Below, piece after piece: positions 51,217-61,721 of a stretch of 64,000 nucleotides of DNA (its first letter is position 1; each line of letters starts with the position of its first letter). The stretch spans positions 90,576 through 154,575 of the forward strand of contig JAHQWJ010000080.1 in NCBI GenBank assembly GCA_029856125.1, in the 5' to 3' direction. The notes beneath the pieces are model-generated. The model searched no databases and had not been told where the DNA came from. It was given only the letters and a program-made list of their open reading frames with translations. The position numbers and the translations under genes were made by a program. Origin of the DNA: Promethearchaeia archaeon. Lineage in GTDB: Archaea; Asgardarchaeota; Lokiarchaeia; Sigyniarchaeales; SOKP01.

Positions 51217-51774
51217 TTAAAATTGAGGTTTGTACATTTTTCGGAATTCTTCTTTCTTCTTATCGTTATATTTATCTTCTAAATATCTCAGTACAGAGTG
51301 GTGAGGCATTCCACTTAACAACATATTTACTGCCTTTCTCGATATTTGTAGATTGTCATAGTCAGATATAATCGAAACTGTTTTTCCATAAACAGAAACA
51401 TAACTCTCAGCAAACCTTTCTATAGCCCTTCTCATCTCACCATTTCTACCAATAATTCTACCTTTTAATCTTTTTATTTTCTTCTCAGATTTTCCTAACA
51501 AATCGTATAAATTAAAAACTTCTATGTCAAAAGTCTCATCTAATAACTTCATAGCTTTTGTTGGATTAAATCCTCTATTGATAGCGTTCAAAATTTTTTC
51601 AGCAATAAATGTATTAAGGACCCCGTAGTTCGGGTGTTCAATTACAGGTTTTACTTCGCAATCTCCCGTTTTGCTGTCTAAATTAATCTGTACTCCCAAA
51701 GCATCTTCTAAATCTTTTTTCGTTTCACCGTTTTTTCCGATTAGTACAGCAATTCGATTTTGTCCTATTTTCAT
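51217..51774 (-). CDS. KH-domain ribosome biogenesis factor (Dim2/PNO1)
   Basis: 'RIAVLIGKNG', 'AINRGF', 'KGRIIGRNG', 'VYGKTV', 'GMPH..V..YL'. Confidence 0.92.
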   Translation of the reverse strand: MKIGQNRIAVLIGKNGETKKDLEDALGVQINLDSKTGDCEVKPVIEHPNYGVLNTFIAEKILNAINRGFNPTKAMKLLDETFDIEVFNLYDLLGKSEKKIKRLKGRIIGRNGEMRRAIERFAESYVSVYGKTVSIISDYDNLQISRKAVNMLLSGMPHHSVLRYLEDKYNDKKKEEFRKMYKPQF

Positions 51775-51824
51775 GTTCCTAATTTAAATTATATGTTTTC
51801 AACAACATATATTTATTCTTTTAT

Positions 51825-52685
51825 CTATTCTAAGTTTATAACTTCATAGTAAAAGTCTTCTCGATTTGGTACTTCTACTCCTATCGTCTCAAAATAATTA
51901 AAAATATTTGTGATGTCCCTTACCAACAATATTTCTGCTTTTGGATGATGTATTGTTACTGCTTGCGATATGTCAATTATTACCGGTTTTTGATTGTGGT
52001 ATAATATATTAAATTCAGATAAATCTCCATGTACTAAAGCAGCTTTTTGATATAGATTTTTAATAAAATAGAGGACTTCGTTTAATAATTTAATAGGTTT
52101 TTTAGGAGATCTAATATCTTTGAGTTTGGGTGCTGGAATCGAGCCGAAACCGATGTAATCCATTATTAAAATATTATTTTTTATATGAAGCGGTTCAGGT
52201 ACATTTAGACCCACTTTGTAAGCTCTTTTAAGATTTTTAAACTCTTTGCTCGCCCATAGATATATTATTTTAGAAACATTATTTGGTATTCTTTTAAACC
52301 GAGGATCTCCGATAATGTAATTTCTCATCCATTTTGAAGTATTTGTATCAATTTTATATATTTTTACCGCGTATTCTTTATTATTTTGACCATAAGCAAG
52401 ATACACATTAGCTTCTTTACCCGCGGAAATTATCCCTTCGATACGGCTTAAAATTCCAGATTTTAATATTTTACTAACTTGCAAATACATTCTTTCATCA
52501 AAAACAGAATCCACAGTGGCTCGTTTCTTTGTTTGATCGATTTTTTTAACGCGTTTTGAATCAATCCGCTTTTTCACTAAATCGTCTATATTTTTATCAA
52601 AGATCTCTTCCTTATTATTGCTATTAACCTGATTATCGAGTTCCTCTTCTTCACTCTGCCCCTCTTCGGTATTACGTTTTCCCAA
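51825..52685 (-). CDS. rio1: RIO1 kinase
   Basis: 'ISAGKEANVY', 'AVKIY', 'KEFKNL', 'LVHGDLSEFNIL', 'IDISQAV'. Confidence 0.95.
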   Translation of the reverse strand: MGKRNTEEGQSEEEELDNQVNSNNKEEIFDKNIDDLVKKRIDSKRVKKIDQTKKRATVDSVFDERMYLQVSKILKSGILSRIEGIISAGKEANVYLAYGQNNKEYAVKIYKIDTNTSKWMRNYIIGDPRFKRIPNNVSKIIYLWASKEFKNLKRAYKVGLNVPEPLHIKNNILIMDYIGFGSIPAPKLKDIRSPKKPIKLLNEVLYFIKNLYQKAALVHGDLSEFNILYHNQKPVIIDISQAVTIHHPKAEILLVRDITNIFNYFETIGVEVPNREDFYYEVINLE

Positions 52686-53606
52686 TTAATCCCCCTCCTT
52701 AATAGGAATTAAAGATATTTTATTCTTAAAAAAAAAAGTAAAGTTCTTAACATGCTTAGAACTGTTTTCATCTCTTAGTACGACCTTATTCTTAGTGATA
52801 TTTTCAACTACATATGTGACTTTATTGATTATAACAGCGTCGTTTTTCTTAAATGGTAAAAATTTTATAAGGGCTTTTAACCTATAAATTCCTCTTCCTT
52901 TTTGAGAATCTCTGCCCACTAACTTTTTTGTTCGATTTAAAATAAAGGTAAAATTCGCTCTCATATGTGATATAATTCGGTTCATCAACTCATTTGTACT
53001 TAAATAGAGATCCACACCAAGATTTTGATCTTCTATTTTTGAAATATACTGAGTCTTATTTTTAGCAAAAAGGTTTTCAACGAAAAACGATATCTGACTT
53101 AAAGCTTCTTTAATAACTCCAAATTGAGACTTATCGGTCACCCTCAATTGGAGGATCGAAATGTAATACATTCCTGCTCTTAAGTTAGTACAATTTTTAC
53201 ATAAATCATAATCAATGTTCAATTTTAGGGTATGTTGATGTGAAATCTTTTGATCTTCCCTTAATTTTCCCAATATCGTAACATCCATAGAAGTTAATAA
53301 ATCTCGCGAAGAGTATACGAGCGTATCGAATGAGAAAGAGAATAATATCATATCTTGTTTTACATAACTTTTTAATAAAAAGCGAATTAATGCTGCTTCA
53401 ATGATTTTGAACAAATCTTTATTTTCAGAATCTATCCAATCCTCTTTTTTAGCGTAATTTTGGCAATCAATACATAACTTAAATCTATAATTATTAGGCA
53501 ACTCAAATAATGGATTTTCCTTTAAATAACAGTTAAGACACATTCCAAAGTGAGGTGCAAATTCATCGATTACTTTACCGCATATAGCACAAAATCTGTG
53601 AGGCAT
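52686..53606 (-). CDS. nmd3: NMD3-family protein
   Basis: FCAICG..C..C, 'CKNC', 'YY...LQLR', 'GVDLY', 'KLVGRD...G'. Confidence 0.88.
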   Translation of the reverse strand: MPHRFCAICGKVIDEFAPHFGMCLNCYLKENPLFELPNNYRFKLCIDCQNYAKKEDWIDSENKDLFKIIEAALIRFLLKSYVKQDMILFSFSFDTLVYSSRDLLTSMDVTILGKLREDQKISHQHTLKLNIDYDLCKNCTNLRAGMYYISILQLRVTDKSQFGVIKEALSQISFFVENLFAKNKTQYISKIEDQNLGVDLYLSTNELMNRIISHMRANFTFILNRTKKLVGRDSQKGRGIYRLKALIKFLPFKKNDAVIINKVTYVVENITKNKVVLRDENSSKHVKNFTFFFKNKISLIPIKEGD

Positions 53607-53902
53607 TAAAACATCATTTTCATAGCCATTGGAATATTATTTATTTTTCTAACTCCTTCTTTGGGAAGTATTTTCTGAACTATAGCCATGTTTGTTATAT
53701 TTTCTCCAACGATATTAAAGTATGCCGCTTCTCTTAATATTTCAATCGCCTTGTCGATAGCTAGAAGATCTCCTCCAAAAAAAGTAGAAGCGATCTCAAG
53801 TCTTAAATTACCTTCGGTAAAAATTTGATTTAATAAAGCTTCGTCGCAACAAGCGATTGTTTCCATGTCGTTATGTCTATGGATTTTAAGATATACTTTC
53901 AT
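53606..53902 (-). CDS. DUF424 family protein
   Basis: 'IACCDEALL', 'FFGG', 'NIVG'. Confidence 0.85.
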   Translation of the reverse strand: MKVYLKIHRHNDMETIACCDEALLNQIFTEGNLRLEIASTFFGGDLLAIDKAIEILREAAYFNIVGENITNMAIVQKILPKEGVRKINNIPMAMKMMF

Positions 53903-53923
53903 TTTACACTCATTAACAGATAG

Positions 53924-54337
53924 TTATTTCTCTTTAATTTCTTCTCTCGCTCCGCAAGCTGTGCATTTAAGAAAAATCTTTTTACCTTCTTTTTGAATGT
54001 CCGTATCTGGTTTATTGCAGATTTTACATAATACATAAGTCTTTGAGTAAACTTCAATGAGTCTGTTTAATACTTGTTCTTTGTAAATACCTTTTAAAAA
54101 TAATTGTTGCCCTCTTATTTCTCCCATAGTTCCGACTTTTTTTAGAAATACTCCTATAAAATGCTTTCGATCCCTATTCAAAATATTGATGATTCTGTTA
54201 AAGTTTGTAATGTATGTGTTTTTTGCTTCAAATCTTATTTGAACTTTAGGTATCTCAAACCTAGATAATTTCTTTACATTCTCCGGAATGTTTTCATAGG
54301 CTCTATCAATTAAGTCGTCATAATTATTTATATCCAT
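53924..54337 (-). CDS. eif2b: Translation initiation factor 2 beta subunit
   Basis: 'RFEIP', 'T.I.NF', 'YVLCKICNKPDT', 'CTACGA'; start set at MDINN. Confidence 0.95.
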   Translation of the reverse strand: MDINNYDDLIDRAYENIPENVKKLSRFEIPKVQIRFEAKNTYITNFNRIINILNRDRKHFIGVFLKKVGTMGEIRGQQLFLKGIYKEQVLNRLIEVYSKTYVLCKICNKPDTDIQKEGKKIFLKCTACGAREEIKEK

Positions 54338-54453
54338 TTCATTCAACCTGTTCTTAATATTTCTACAATGTTCAATAATCAACCTTACAAAATTAATTTT
54401 ACGATTTTGAGAACGAAATCAGCAATAAAGAGTAATCTTGTGAGTGATGTTAA

Positions 54454-55212
54454 TTAATAACTTTGGTAGATATTTTCTTCCGTTGGATAAATCCTTGATT
54501 CCATAACCAAATCATTAATATACGTTCTTAATTTGTTTTCAGGAATATTCGTTCTTTGTTGTAATTCCTCAAGACTTATTCCGTTCCCGTCTTGTGAATA
54601 CTCATAAATTATTGTAAAAATCTCCTCTTTATTTTTATCTACTTTAGGTGTTTTAGTTTCACTAAACAATTTTTCTACATCGATTTCGCTCGGAATATCG
54701 TCGAAAAATGTATCTTCTTCTAACTCAAGGCCGGATACAGTATCTTCAGGAATCTTATGGAGATCTCCAGATTTGATTTTTTTAATTACATCCGCTTCTC
54801 TTAACAAAGCATAGTTAGGATTTTTAATTTTCTTGATAAAGGTGATGCTGTTAATTTGAACTTTATCACCATAAAACCCAACCCACCCTAATACATCAAC
54901 TAACACTCCTTTATCTATATCTCCATAATTTTCTACATCTACATTCCACTTTACAGCAGAAATGATGCCTGTGCCGTCATCAAGTTCAAATCTTAAATTG
55001 GTGTTAATTTCTTCAGTTGGAGAATCAATATCGGTACTTCTCTTACTCATAAATTCCTCTCGATTGGTGATTGTAGCAACAATTCTAACTCTTTTAAGAG
55101 TTCCAAAGATAGTATATAACGATTTCTCAGTAACATTATACTTACCTTCTAACAGATGCTTTATCCAACACCGAATTGGTGGCGTAAATTCGTAGGATCC
55201 TGCGTTACTCAT
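54454..55212 (-). CDS. RPA32-like OB-fold + C-terminal winged-helix protein
   Basis: 'RVRIVATI', 'LDDGTGII', acidic linker, wHTH 'GISLEEL...INDL...RIY'. Confidence 0.82.
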   Translation of the reverse strand: MSNAGSYEFTPPIRCWIKHLLEGKYNVTEKSLYTIFGTLKRVRIVATITNREEFMSKRSTDIDSPTEEINTNLRFELDDGTGIISAVKWNVDVENYGDIDKGVLVDVLGWVGFYGDKVQINSITFIKKIKNPNYALLREADVIKKIKSGDLHKIPEDTVSGLELEEDTFFDDIPSEIDVEKLFSETKTPKVDKNKEEIFTIIYEYSQDGNGISLEELQQRTNIPENKLRTYINDLVMESRIYPTEENIYQSY

Positions 55213-55417
55213 AATTAAAACTTTTTTTATTTTTTTATATTATCTTTAAATTATATCGCATAAAGAAATGATTATTAAATGCTAAATATGACCTAATAAA
55301 TCTAAATTTTATTCTTTTATAATTTCTAAAATCAAAGAGGTTATATGCTTTCAAACCACTATAGAAAATTTTAAGAGATTGTTAAAAAAGCTAATGAGTT
55401 TATCAATAATAAGAGGA

Positions 55418-55496
55418 TGGTAGCGGGGGTTCGATTTGAACGAACGATCTCAGGGTTATGAGCCCTGCGGCATAAACCAGGCTAGCCCACCCCGCT
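55418..55496 (-). tRNA. Initiator tRNA-Met(CAT); CCA encoded
   Basis: A1:U72, three G-C pairs in the anticodon stem (GGG/CCC), CT-CAT-AA loop. Confidence 0.93.
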
Positions 55497-55652
55497 TAGG
55501 GTTTTTTATGAGTATCACTCTTAAAATATAAATCATATAATTATTTTTTCTATTAATTTCTTTTCATTTTTAAAGCGGATATTGGTGGTGTTTTTTTAGA
55601 ACAATATATATTAACATGTAATTATTTAAAATAAACACACAAATTTATCGAA

Positions 55653-56372
55653 ATGTCTAATTCTCATTCAAAAAGCTTTTTTGGGCAGAATACGGGGATA
55701 ATTGTTAGCAGTTCTTCAAGCTCAGATCCATTTATGTTTATCCATTGCTTTAAAAAAAAACCTGACGGAGTTTGGGAAAAACCTTCATCTAGCGAGGGCA
55801 AAGCGGTTAAATTTTCATTAGAAGAGATCGTAATGATCTTAAGAGTTTTGAACCATGAAACTAATAAATGGCAATGTCAACACATCTTTAAAGATAAAGA
55901 AACCTCCGTATTTTTTAATTGGGAAGATAATAATTACGATGTTCTTTGGATTAATGTAGGCAAATACTCAAAAAGGCTCAATTTAGCTCAAACTGAAATT
56001 TTCCGACTCCTTTTAACCCACTTCCTTGATGAAAAAATAGTCTATTCTACCTTACAAAAGAAAAGAAGTACAGACAGTATAAAGAAACACAATCAAAAAA
56101 ACCAGTTCCAAACAGACAACCTTAACATCCAGTTAGACGATCAAAACCTTCCTCACCAATTTAATAAGGCAAAAAAAAATCCAAATGACATCAGTAATCT
56201 TTATGGATATATCGTAGGAGAAACGAAAAAAGCTGTATTAATTGACTTCAAAAATAAAGAAGAGTGGATACCAAAATCTGCCATTAATAACCAATTTCTT
56301 CCGGAGAAAAATGTTAAACAAAAATTTCTGATCAATAATTGGATTTTAAAGAAATTAGAATTAATTATATAG
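55653..56372 (+). CDS. Hypothetical two-domain protein (possible PC4/Whirly-like N-terminus; 'ETxKA...WIPKS' C-terminal domain)
   Basis: 'KKPDGVWEK...KAVKFSLEEI'; C-terminal 'GETKKAVLI...EEWIPKSAI'. Confidence 0.6.
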   Translation: MSNSHSKSFFGQNTGIIVSSSSSSDPFMFIHCFKKKPDGVWEKPSSSEGKAVKFSLEEIVMILRVLNHETNKWQCQHIFKDKETSVFFNWEDNNYDVLWINVGKYSKRLNLAQTEIFRLLLTHFLDEKIVYSTLQKKRSTDSIKKHNQKNQFQTDNLNIQLDDQNLPHQFNKAKKNPNDISNLYGYIVGETKKAVLIDFKNKEEWIPKSAINNQFLPEKNVKQKFLINNWILKKLELII

Positions 56373-56465
56373 CCATTAAATACAATTTTAAAATAAAAAG
56401 AATAACCTTAATTTTTACTCTAAATTAACCTTTCTATCACATGAATTAGTAATTACAAGCGTTTT

Positions 56466-58262
56466 ATGACCTTACTCGATCTTATTATAGATTTTTTATT
56501 AAACCCTTGGTTTATTATATCTTTAATTTTTTGGGTTATTGTGATTATTTTTGTCTTTTTACTCAGAAACAAAAAAGAAGCTTACACTTTATTTTTCCCT
56601 TTACTCGCTATGTTTAAGACCAAAAAACTCAATAACCTTATTCAAAGAATAGCGAAAAAAAGCCCAAGATTTTGGAGAGTTTTTTGGAATATGGGAATCT
56701 TTGTGTCCTTTGGATTTACAATTTATGGCTTTTACTTCTTCTTTACTAACATTGTAAACCTTATTTTTCAACCAAGCATAGAAAACGCTATTATTCCCCT
56801 TGTCCCAGGGGTTACTATCGACATACCCATTATCATGTACCTTTTATTGCCGTTATTATTTATAATGACGACTCACGAGTTTGCTCACGGCATTTCTGCT
56901 AATATTGATGGGGTAGAGATTAAATCAACCGGTGTACTCGGAGCTGGTTTGTTTTTTTTAGTTGGATTTGGCGCTTTTGTAGAAGTTGATGAGAGATCAT
57001 TAAGATCGTCAAAATTTAAAAGAAATACCCGGTTTAGAATAGCTGCTGCAGGAACATATGTGAATGCTATAACTGCGGGTGTAGCGTTTCTATTAATATT
57101 AAGCTTTCCAACGATCGTTTCTCCTTTTTATGTACAAACGATTCAAGTTTATAGCGTGTTAACACCCCAGGACGGAGGATTCAATTACGAAAATCTTGAG
57201 AGTGAAGATGTCATCATTGCAATCAAACATCAAAACGATTCAGATAGTCAATTTTTAAACCTTGATTTATCTCAAGACATTAGTCTTACTTCAATACTAA
57301 GTAATTCTACTCGAGTTAAATTCGCGCTAGGAGAAAATCTAACTTTTAGTACTTACAATCCATCCAGCGATTCCTACTCTGAAAAAAATGTTACTGTAGG
57401 TCCTCGATATGATATAGGAATCCGTTACGCATATATTCCAAACGGTACAGGATTAATTATCACTTATAACTACTCGAGTAGTACTGATACAAATATTTTC
57501 ATAACCAAAGTAAACGGAACAGATATTGATACCTCAAGTGGCGATACTTTAGAACTTTTGCTAACTGATTTTAATCTAAAAGCGATTAACTTAACAACTA
57601 GCACAGGAAAGGATTATATTTTAGATGTAGAAATTCTTGATGGTGGTTACATTGGTATTCAAAGTAATTCTTATTGGATGCATAAAAATGACTTTGCAAA
57701 ATTTTTTACGACTAATTGGCCAGATTTTCTAATCAAAGAGCTTATATGGCTTTTTATTATATCTTTTAGTATAACTTTGTTTAATATGATGCCCCTACCC
57801 ATTTTTGACGGGGACAGATTCCTAAAAGAATTAATTGATTGGATATTTGGCGAAGATTATAAATCTAAAAAGAAAAAGACAGATCGATTAATCTATAAAG
57901 GAACCGATACGGAGTGCAAATTAACTGAATACCGGGTTGAAAATGTCGAATACGTTAAAATTCTTTTGAAGGAGGATAATAAGAGCAATCAAAATAGTGA
58001 GGTCCTCTTGGGAAAAGACAATTACGAATTAGTAGACTCAATAGGAGACGGATATAAAGATACTGTGTCCGTAAAACTTCCTGATACTACGAAACTAAAA
58101 AATAATTCAGTCTTTGAAGTTTCTTTCGAATACTTGTACGATGAAAAACGAAAAATTAAAAGAATTGTTTTAAATGCGGTAAGAGTTGTAGCGCTAGGGC
58201 TCATTCTTGGGAACTTCGTGCTATCATTTTCGATATTTGGATTTGATCTTCTTGGTTTTTAA
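56466..58262 (+). CDS. Site-2 protease (M50) with large soluble inserts
   Basis: HEFAH, 'GAFVE', 'RIAAAG..VN', 'NMMPLPIFDG'. Confidence 0.92.
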   Translation: MTLLDLIIDFLLNPWFIISLIFWVIVIIFVFLLRNKKEAYTLFFPLLAMFKTKKLNNLIQRIAKKSPRFWRVFWNMGIFVSFGFTIYGFYFFFTNIVNLIFQPSIENAIIPLVPGVTIDIPIIMYLLLPLLFIMTTHEFAHGISANIDGVEIKSTGVLGAGLFFLVGFGAFVEVDERSLRSSKFKRNTRFRIAAAGTYVNAITAGVAFLLILSFPTIVSPFYVQTIQVYSVLTPQDGGFNYENLESEDVIIAIKHQNDSDSQFLNLDLSQDISLTSILSNSTRVKFALGENLTFSTYNPSSDSYSEKNVTVGPRYDIGIRYAYIPNGTGLIITYNYSSSTDTNIFITKVNGTDIDTSSGDTLELLLTDFNLKAINLTTSTGKDYILDVEILDGGYIGIQSNSYWMHKNDFAKFFTTNWPDFLIKELIWLFIISFSITLFNMMPLPIFDGDRFLKELIDWIFGEDYKSKKKKTDRLIYKGTDTECKLTEYRVENVEYVKILLKEDNKSNQNSEVLLGKDNYELVDSIGDGYKDTVSVKLPDTTKLKNNSVFEVSFEYLYDEKRKIKRIVLNAVRVVALGLILGNFVLSFSIFGFDLLGF

Positions 58263-58275
58263 CTAAATCGCTGGT

Positions 58276-59277
58276 GTGATTTTCATTAATAATTTTGATA
58301 GCTCCTATAATGTTTTTCTGAAAACTGGTAACTGCGACTATTGTAGTAAAAATGCTCTAGTAGTTCACAGAAAATATTCTGGCGAATTAATATGCACTAA
58401 TTGTTTTACGGAAAGAATTGAGAAAAATATTTACCAGACAATATCTAAATATAAAATGCTAAAACCAAAAGATAAAATCGTTGTAGGTATTTCTGGTGGA
58501 AAAGATTCTCTATCTTTACTATATAACCTTAAACAAATTCAAGCAAATAGTTATCATTCCAATCCCATAATAGCAGTAACCATTGATGAAGGGATTAGAA
58601 ATTATAGAAGCAATAGCACAAAGAACGCAATTGAATTCTGTAAACAACATAAAATTGAACACAGGATCGTATCGTTTAAAGAGGAAACCGGTAAAACCTT
58701 AGATGAGATTGTAGAATTGAAAAAGAGCTCACCTAAAAATATGTACGCATGCAATTTTTGTGCGACTCTTAGAAGAAGAATATTAAACGAAACAGCAAAA
58801 AATTTAGGCGCTGATGTCCTCGCAATGGGTCATAACTTAACAGATATAGCAGAAACTTATTTAATGAATATCCTTTTTAAAAGATTTAAGCTTATTGCTA
58901 ATCAGTATCTTTTTAAAGAAGAAAATAAAGAAATAAAGAAGTACTTCGTTAGGCGAATCACTCCGCTAATGAAGATTCCTGAAGAAGAAATATTTCTCTA
59001 CGCAAACCTGAAAAAAATCAATTATTACCCTTCACATTGCCCCTACAGAGAGGAAGATCCAATTTTAAGGAAACGCGTTCTAGAATTCATTCAGGAATGT
59101 AAAAAATTCAGTCCCGAAATAGAATTCAATTTGCTCAGCGGATTTTTGGAGAGTTCTGAAATCTTTTCTAAACATTATATACATGAATCCTATAATTCTT
59201 GTAAAAAATGTGGGTATCCATGTGGTAAAACAAATATCTGTTTATACTGTAAATATCTCAGTGAGTTTCGTAGCTAA
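58276..59277 (+). CDS. TtuA/Ncs6-family tRNA 2-thiolation protein
   Basis: Zn finger, 'SGGKDS', 'IDEGI..YR', 'CNFC...RR', 'GHN..D', 'CPY', C-terminal CxxC...CxxC. Confidence 0.9.
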   Translation: MIFINNFDSSYNVFLKTGNCDYCSKNALVVHRKYSGELICTNCFTERIEKNIYQTISKYKMLKPKDKIVVGISGGKDSLSLLYNLKQIQANSYHSNPIIAVTIDEGIRNYRSNSTKNAIEFCKQHKIEHRIVSFKEETGKTLDEIVELKKSSPKNMYACNFCATLRRRILNETAKNLGADVLAMGHNLTDIAETYLMNILFKRFKLIANQYLFKEENKEIKKYFVRRITPLMKIPEEEIFLYANLKKINYYPSHCPYREEDPILRKRVLEFIQECKKFSPEIEFNLLSGFLESSEIFSKHYIHESYNSCKKCGYPCGKTNICLYCKYLSEFRS

Positions 59278-59279
59278 TT

Positions 59280-60275
59280 TCATTTGACGAGTTGCTCCCC
59301 GAATACTTTCAAATCATCATATTCTCTGATTTCTCCCCTAAAAAGCGGAATCTCGATTAGATTTTTTCCGAGCTCATCTCTAAAGACTTTCTGAATTTTA
59401 AGCAAATTACTAGCTTGCATCTTTCTTCTCGATCGGCAAAAATCACATAAATCTTCCTCATCTTGATATAATTGATTCACAACAATATTTGAAACAGGAA
59501 TATTATATTTTAATAGTTCGCTTAAAAGGCGTCCCGTCTCTGAAATAGCCATTTCTTCTGGTATCATTACTACAACAAACGAATTTTTCTTTGGGTTAGT
59601 AAGATCATCCCGTGCTCTAATGATTGAATCTTTTAATCTCTCTAAAACTTCCAAAGAATTATCTTTTTGTTTTTCCCCGCTTGTAAAAAGACTCTTCATC
59701 ATTCCCATAAGATTTCCTAATTTTAATCTCATCTTCAATAGTTTACCTATCCAGCCTGATAATGTTTCTGGAAGGCTTAAAAATCTCAGAGTATGACCCG
59801 TTGGTGCCGTGTCAAATATAACTAAATCGTAATCGTGATCAGTCTCTATAAATTCTAAAACCTTTAATAACGCGAAAGCTTCGTCTATCCCCGGAGGGCT
59901 CATCGAAGTAATATCTTGTAAATCTTCCATCATTGGCAATCCACTCATTATATCTGGCATTTCCATTCCTTCTACCGGGCTCATACCAGTTAAACCTTTA
60001 TATTCTGACATATCCGCTTTAGGGTCTATTTCTAAGGCAGTTAAACGTTTTACACCAGGTATTTTTGTTGGTTCGCCGGGAGGGAATATGACCCCGAAAC
60101 TATCTCCTAATGAATGAGCCGGGTCAGTACTGATAATTAAAGTGTTTCTTCCATGCTCTGCTGCCCATATCGCAGCACTTGAAGCACAAGTAGTTTTTCC
60201 GACACCTCCTTTCCCACCAAACATTATTATCTTTAAACTTAATAACATTTCAGGTAAGTTCATAATACTCCACAA
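59280..60275 (-). CDS. Get3/ArsA-family ATPase
   Basis: GGKGGVGKTT, STDPAHSL, PGIDE, DTAPTGHT, CxxC (CDFC). Confidence 0.93.
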   Translation of the reverse strand: MWSIMNLPEMLLSLKIIMFGGKGGVGKTTCASSAAIWAAEHGRNTLIISTDPAHSLGDSFGVIFPPGEPTKIPGVKRLTALEIDPKADMSEYKGLTGMSPVEGMEMPDIMSGLPMMEDLQDITSMSPPGIDEAFALLKVLEFIETDHDYDLVIFDTAPTGHTLRFLSLPETLSGWIGKLLKMRLKLGNLMGMMKSLFTSGEKQKDNSLEVLERLKDSIIRARDDLTNPKKNSFVVVMIPEEMAISETGRLLSELLKYNIPVSNIVVNQLYQDEEDLCDFCRSRRKMQASNLLKIQKVFRDELGKNLIEIPLFRGEIREYDDLKVFGEQLVK

Positions 60276-60353
60276 TAATTATTCTAATTTATTTTTGTAA
60301 TGCTCTTATGTTTTTTTAATAAAACTCTTAAAATAAAAACTTTAAAATTTACT

Positions 60354-61640
60354 CTAATAAGTTAATTTAAATCGAAGCATCGCGACTATTCCACCGAAAG
60401 TGCTATATAACATTTCTCCTTCTTCAGTATCTGGAGAAATTATAATTACTTCAGTTCCCATCGTTTCTGCGATGGAACCAAGCTCTTCGATTATTAAAAC
60501 AGAACTGCTTACGTTAAAGGTGTTAGAACCGCAATCAGGGCAACTTTCATTCTGAATAGACAATTCTAATTTATTCCGTTCCCGTTCCCTTACTGTTCTA
60601 GATTCTTTATAATTACAATTGGAACAGGTAATATTTACTTGATAGGTATCTAATTTTTCAGAAAGAATCAATTTAGCTACGGCACCCATATTTAAAGCTT
60701 TTTGCACTTCCTCAAGACCGTATGCAACTAAACCAGTATCGTTTGAAACATCTTTTAGAAATGATTGAATTATTTGTTTTTCTCTAACGTACTTTACGTT
60801 AGCTATTTGATCCTTAATTTTATCTATTAACGCACGGATTCCCTCAATTCCACCATAACCAAGATCAACAACATCCAATATTTTTTCTCGTAACCGATAA
60901 TCTAAACTTTCGTCGTTTACAAATTTTTCTTTAGAAGGCCCAGGTCCTCCTATGAAAATTCCTTGTAAGTCTTCCATGCTTAAAAATAATTTGTTGACTT
61001 CATCAGAGATTCTTCTGTAAAACCTAGTTTCTGCTTCTTCCATTTGCCGTTCGAATCTTTTCTGAGACTGACCTCCAGCTTTATGCTTCCCATGAACCCC
61101 TGAAGTAAAATCCCTCACTACTTCCACGTGATTTCCTCTTAAATATCCTACAGCAGACTCCTTTCTCCCTATACTAAGTAATCCGTAAGTTTCCTTTGTT
61201 TCGAGCATATCCTCTAACGGCCATAATAGAAACTCACTTGCACAATGATATCGAAAAGTTAAAACTTTTTCAGGGGGATGCACAATATACAATTCATTCT
61301 TCTCTGTTCCAGGAGTATTATTTTGCGGGATCGCACCAGAGAACATAACTAAGCCATTCTCAGGAACTAAAGCAATATTTTTCAACTTACCTATTATACT
61401 TGATATGCTTTCTAAAACGTTTTTCCGCGTTAATTTTGACTTAATATTCTGACTTTCACTAATTTCATTCTTAAGGTGATTTGTAACATCAGAGATCTTA
61501 CGATCGTGAGGAATATACAACGAAACTAACTCCGTGTGAAAGCCCTTCTTCTCCTTTAGCTGATTAAGTAACCTCTTTGTTTGATAGATTTGTAAATCAT
61601 TACGTTTTCTCTCTTCGGTTAAAGCCATACGAATCAACAA
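60354..61640 (-). CDS. prf1: Peptide chain release factor aRF1
   Basis: NIKS, YHC, GGQS, 'FGG...LRF'; likely start MALTEE. Confidence 0.97.
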   Translation of the reverse strand: MLIRMALTEERKRNDLQIYQTKRLLNQLKEKKGFHTELVSLYIPHDRKISDVTNHLKNEISESQNIKSKLTRKNVLESISSIIGKLKNIALVPENGLVMFSGAIPQNNTPGTEKNELYIVHPPEKVLTFRYHCASEFLLWPLEDMLETKETYGLLSIGRKESAVGYLRGNHVEVVRDFTSGVHGKHKAGGQSQKRFERQMEEAETRFYRRISDEVNKLFLSMEDLQGIFIGGPGPSKEKFVNDESLDYRLREKILDVVDLGYGGIEGIRALIDKIKDQIANVKYVREKQIIQSFLKDVSNDTGLVAYGLEEVQKALNMGAVAKLILSEKLDTYQVNITCSNCNYKESRTVRERERNKLELSIQNESCPDCGSNTFNVSSSVLIIEELGSIAETMGTEVIIISPDTEEGEMLYSTFGGIVAMLRFKLTY

Positions 61641-61721
61641 AAATTAGAAAGATTCAAAAGATTAATAGTTTTTCTTTATTTTAAACTATATAAACAACTA
61701 CATATATGAAACCTTTAAATT

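Noticed and set aside
51217-55496. tRNA-iMet / aIF2beta / NMD3 / RIO1 / KH cluster as a novel system
   Set aside because: This is a well-known conserved archaeal translation and ribosome biogenesis neighbourhood.
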